This document shows positions 32,328-35,748 of a stretch of 35,748 nucleotides of DNA, piece by piece. Source of the DNA: Luminiphilus sp. GTDB taxonomy: Bacteria; Pseudomonadota; Gammaproteobacteria; Pseudomonadales; Halieaceae. The DNA lies in assembly GCA_029251065.1 (NCBI GenBank), contig JAQXEB010000247.1:1-35748 (forward strand), in the 5' to 3' direction. Position 1 is the stretch's first letter. Each line of letters begins with the position of its first letter. The position numbers and the translations under genes are program-made. A model generated the notes under the pieces. It did no database searches. It was given only the letters and a program-made list of their open reading frames with translations, and was not told the DNA's origin.

Positions 32328-33041
32328 ATGAATGACTACAGTAACCAACGTGGACATATTTCTGCGCAATTTTCGCGGGAGCTCGAGGGCGTCCAGGGCG
32401 AATTATTGAACATGGGCGGGCTCGTTGAATCTCAAATCGAAAAAGCGGTTGATGCAACGCTTGAGGGGGATTCACTGCTTGCCGAAGAGGCGATTGGACT
32501 CGACACCGAAGTGAATGCGTTGGAGCGTTCTATCGATGAACAGTGCGCACGTATCCTTGCGCTTCGGCAGCCAGCAGCAGGCGATCTCAGACTCGTGTTG
32601 GCAGTGATTAAGGTGACGACAGATCTTGAGCGTATTGGTGACGAGGCGGTGAAAATAGGCAGGCAAGCTATTTTGTTGTCAGAGCGGGGTGCCCATGACG
32701 AAACAGGGATCAAAGTCCGGAGCATTGCCATGCGGGTCAACACAATGTTGAAGGCCGCATTAGACAGCTTTGCAAGACTTCATGTGGAGGGTGCGCTCTC
32801 TGTGATCTTGACCGACGACGATATTGATGAGGCTTATCTTGACGCACGGGAGTGGCTGGTAGAGTTCATCGAGGATCAGCCTGAGACGTTGAGAGCCTCC
32901 ATGTCCTACCTATGGATTCTGAAAAGCTTAGAGCGAGTGGGCGATCATGCCACCAATATTGCGGAGCAAGTCATCTACTTGTCGCGGGGCCTAGATGTGC
33001 GCCACCTGGACAGCGCCAAGGTTCGTGACCTCGTAAGCTGA
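32328..33041 (+). CDS. phoU: Phosphate signalling protein PhoU
   Basis: HISAQF, MGGLVE, RQPAAGDLR, DLERIGD, SLERVGDHATNIAE. Confidence 0.96.
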   Translation: MNDYSNQRGHISAQFSRELEGVQGELLNMGGLVESQIEKAVDATLEGDSLLAEEAIGLDTEVNALERSIDEQCARILALRQPAAGDLRLVLAVIKVTTDLERIGDEAVKIGRQAILLSERGAHDETGIKVRSIAMRVNTMLKAALDSFARLHVEGALSVILTDDDIDEAYLDAREWLVEFIEDQPETLRASMSYLWILKSLERVGDHATNIAEQVIYLSRGLDVRHLDSAKVRDLVS

Positions 33042-33077
33042 CATGCGTCGGCTAGACCAATACACTGTCAGCTTTTT
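33035..33077 (+). terminator. Inverted repeat with T-run after phoU (possible terminator)
   Basis: AAGCTGACA (33035-33043) and TGTCAGCTT (33066-33074) are perfect complements, with an inner GTC/GAC stem and TTTTT at 33073-33077. The large loop is atypical for a terminator. Confidence 0.4.
33038..33066 (+). promoter_or_regulatory. Putative sigma70 promoter for hisC
   Basis: CTGACA (33038-33043)-17 bp-TACACT (33061-33066), then GGTGA and ATG 33087. Confidence 0.5.
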
Positions 33078-33086
33078 GGTGATCTC

Positions 33087-34154
33087 ATGAATCGGCATTG
33101 GTCTGACACGCTCAAGCGCCTCGCGCCCTATACGCCAGGGGAACAAGCCCAGCGACCTGACATTATCAAGCTCAACACCAATGAGCATGCCCTGGCGCCC
33201 TCGGAAAAGGCCGTCTCTGCGGGGCGAGCGTTGAGTGTCGAGGCACTCCGCCGATATCCCGATCCGACCTCGCGTGTCTTGACGGCAGCAATAGCGGCCT
33301 CCGAAGGTCTTGATGTGGATCAAGTGTTTGTCGGTAACGGCTCCGACGAAGTGCTCGCATTCGCCTGGACAGCCTTCCTTACCGATGACGACAGCGTGCC
33401 CGCGATTCCTGAGATGACGTATACGTTTTACCCGGTGTGGGGGCAGCTGCTTGGTCACGGGGTGGAACGTATTCCAATGACCGAAGATCTTGAGATTGAT
33501 ATCGCGTCTATGGCGGCCTGGGAAGGGCCCTTAGTATTCCCCAATCCAAATGCACCGACCGGTCGCGCCTTGCCGCGCGCTGCGGTTAAGGACTTGCTGG
33601 AATCGAATGCAGAGCGCCTCGTAGTTGTTGATGAGGCGTATTTTGGTTTCGGTGCAGAGACCGCTGTTCCACTCATCAATGATTATGACAATCTATTGGT
33701 CACTCGAAGCTTCTCGAAAAGTCACGCGCTTGCGGGGCTCCGGGTCGGTTATGGGCTCGGCAACGCGTCGCTCATAGAAGGTTTGCGCCGGGTGAAGGAC
33801 TCGTTTAATTCTTATCCGATTGACGCTCATGCTCAAGCGGTAGCGAGTGCAGCGATTAACGATATCGCTTGGTTTACTCAGGCGTCTTCAACCATTAAAA
33901 CCAATAGGGAGGCGCTAACCAATGGTCTTCAATCGCTTGGGTTTTATGTGCTGCCCTCACTCGCTAATTTTGTCCTCGCAGCGCATCCGCGCTATAGCGG
34001 CGAGGCGCTCACTCACATTTTGAAGCGGCATAATATTTTGGTGCGCAGCTGGTCGAGCGACGCGTTACTGCCGTGGGTTCGCATTACGGTGGGGACACAT
34101 GATCAGCAGCTCTCCGTGTTAGCCGCCTTGTCCGAGGTGCTGTCAGCAGATTAA
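33087..34154 (+). CDS. hisC: Histidinol-phosphate aminotransferase
   Basis: [44 protein letters not shown] lysine in [17 protein letters not shown]. Confidence 0.93.
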   Translation: MNRHWSDTLKRLAPYTPGEQAQRPDIIKLNTNEHALAPSEKAVSAGRALSVEALRRYPDPTSRVLTAAIAASEGLDVDQVFVGNGSDEVLAFAWTAFLTDDDSVPAIPEMTYTFYPVWGQLLGHGVERIPMTEDLEIDIASMAAWEGPLVFPNPNAPTGRALPRAAVKDLLESNAERLVVVDEAYFGFGAETAVPLINDYDNLLVTRSFSKSHALAGLRVGYGLGNASLIEGLRRVKDSFNSYPIDAHAQAVASAAINDIAWFTQASSTIKTNREALTNGLQSLGFYVLPSLANFVLAAHPRYSGEALTHILKRHNILVRSWSSDALLPWVRITVGTHDQQLSVLAALSEVLSAD

Positions 34155-35284
34155 ACGCGCTTGAGTACGATCGAGCCTATGCTGTAGCCCGCGCCAAAAG
34201 ACGACAGAACTCCAAGTTCTCCTGGCTCGAAGTCTTCATTGTATTTTTTAAACGCAATGATAGAGCCCGCTGATGACGTGTTGGCGTATTCGTCAAGAAT
34301 GGTTGGCGACTCCTCGTCGCTCGGCTCTCGGCCCAGAATTTTTTTGGCGATAAGTTCGTTCATATTCTTATTGGCCTGATGAAGCCAGATACGCTTAAGC
34401 GAGTCGGGGGCGATATTCATCTCTGCCAGCTGCGTCGTAATCTGCTCGGCAACGGCGGGACAGACCTCTCGGAACACTTTGCGCCCCTCTTGAACGAAAA
34501 GCTTATCGACCTGCCCGATACCTTCTTCGGTGGCGCGATTGAGGAAGCCGAAATTATTCCGAATATTATTGGAGAAAATCGTTTGTAACTTAGTATCAAG
34601 AATCTCAAACGCGTTGTCGGACTGGCATCCCTCGGCGGCTTCAACGATCACACCGGTCGCCACGTCGCCAAAAATGAAGTGTGAATCGCGATCTCGGAAA
34701 TTGAGATGGCCCGTACAGATCTCCGGGTTGACCATTAAGACGCGTCTTGCGCTGCCGGCCACCACCATGTCATGAGCTTGCTGGATACCAAATGTCGCGG
34801 AGGAGCAGGCGACGTTCATATCGAAGGCAAAACCCTTTATACCCAGGGCGGCTTGTACTTCGATTGCCATCGCAGGGTAGGCCCGTTCCATGTTTGAGGC
34901 GGCCACCAAGACCACATCAATGTCGTCTGTGCTGACACCTGCCTGTTCAATAGCTTGCTTGGCAGCGACGACGGCAATTTCACACATGACCGAGGGTTCA
35001 TCATTTGACCGTGGCGACAAACGCGGAGCCATGCGGTCGGGGTCAATAATACCCGCCTTGTCCATGACGAATCGAGAGTGAATGCCCGAAGCTTTCTCAA
35101 TGAATTCAACATTCGAGGGGCCTTTGGCCTCAAGCTCGCCCGCAGCAATTGCATCCGCGTTCTCGCGGTTATATTTTTCGACCCACGCGTTAAAAGACTC
35201 TACAAGTTCGTGGTTACTGACGCTCTCGGTGGGGGTGTACAAGCCCACCCCCGATATAACCACTCGTTGCATAGTCCTTACCAT
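34151..35284 (-). CDS. Beta-ketoacyl-ACP synthase III (long FabH-like type, resembling P. aeruginosa PA3286)
   Basis: Cys-His-Asn triad in [14 protein letters not shown] and YANTSSAG, plus SFGAGYS. N-terminal [18 protein letters not shown] insert. SD GAGGAG 5 nt before ATG 35284. Confidence 0.9.
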   Translation of the reverse strand: MVRTMQRVVISGVGLYTPTESVSNHELVESFNAWVEKYNRENADAIAAGELEAKGPSNVEFIEKASGIHSRFVMDKAGIIDPDRMAPRLSPRSNDEPSVMCEIAVVAAKQAIEQAGVSTDDIDVVLVAASNMERAYPAMAIEVQAALGIKGFAFDMNVACSSATFGIQQAHDMVVAGSARRVLMVNPEICTGHLNFRDRDSHFIFGDVATGVIVEAAEGCQSDNAFEILDTKLQTIFSNNIRNNFGFLNRATEEGIGQVDKLFVQEGRKVFREVCPAVAEQITTQLAEMNIAPDSLKRIWLHQANKNMNELIAKKILGREPSDEESPTILDEYANTSSAGSIIAFKKYNEDFEPGELGVLSSFGAGYSIGSIVLKRV

Positions 35285-35748
35285 TATCGCTCCTCGACTG
35301 ACAGGTAGTCGCGCGATTGGTATCCGGTGTAAAGCTGTCTCGGACGCCCAATTCGGTAGCTACCCCCGATCATCTCGTTCCAGTGTGCCACCCATCCAAC
35401 CGTTCGACCCACAGCAAAAATCACAGTAAACATGGACGTGGGTATGCCCAACGCCTTCAAAATAATACCCGAGTAAAAGTCCACGTTAGGGTAGAGCTTC
35501 TTTTCGATAAAGTACTCGTCACTTAATGCTATTTCTTCCAGCCGCTTAGCGATCTCAAGATTTTCGTCTTGAATGCCAAGCTCGGCAAGGACCTCGTCGG
35601 CTGCCTGCTTCATTACTTTAGCGCGGGGATCAAAGTTTTTATAAACCCGGTGGCCAAAGCCCATGAGTCGGAAGGGGTCGTTCTTATCTTTAGCGCGCGC
35701 CACAAATTCATCGATCCGGGACACATCGCCAATTTCGTCAAGCATTTT
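35284..35748 (-). CDS. gltA: Type II citrate synthase, C-terminal fragment (runs off the right edge)
   Basis: [42 protein letters not shown]. Confidence 0.97.
   Translation of the reverse strand, partial: KMLDEIGDVSRIDEFVARAKDKNDPFRLMGFGHRVYKNFDPRAKVMKQAADEVLAELGIQDENLEIAKRLEEIALSDEYFIEKKLYPNVDFYSGIILKALGIPTSMFTVIFAVGRTVGWVAHWNEMIGGSYRIGRPRQLYTGYQSRDYLSVEER

Overview
Gene-dense core-chromosome window of about 55% GC (by eye) from a gammaproteobacterium. The TonB-receptor type, tight gene packing and gene complement suggest a marine Cellvibrionales/Halieaceae (OM60/NOR5)-like organism; this is inference only. Left to right: 3' end of an OxyR-like LysR regulator; TonB-dependent receptor; a minus-strand coupled trio (TesA esterase, K+ channel, YgiQ radical SAM); YbbA/YbbP ABC transporter; mdh. 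Then comes a 23-kb plus-strand run: ttcA-ccmABCDEFGHI, smc-zipA-ligA-SLT lipoprotein, phoB-phoR-pstSCAB-phoU and hisC. The window ends with a minus-strand gltA (3' part) coupled to a KAS III. I found no mobile element, CRISPR, RNA gene, prophage, defence system or pseudogene, and I cannot support a wholly new protein system here. The most interesting signals are small cis-elements and gene couplings: tandem NrdR-box-like palindromes in front of smc-zipA-ligA with no ribonucleotide reductase in the window, a 24-25 bp direct repeat at both ends of ccmD, a Pho-box promoter over a single phoBR-pst-phoU operon with a trimmed, divergent Pst transporter, an inverted repeat overlapping a hisC promoter, and tesA/ybbA start codons sharing one CATG.
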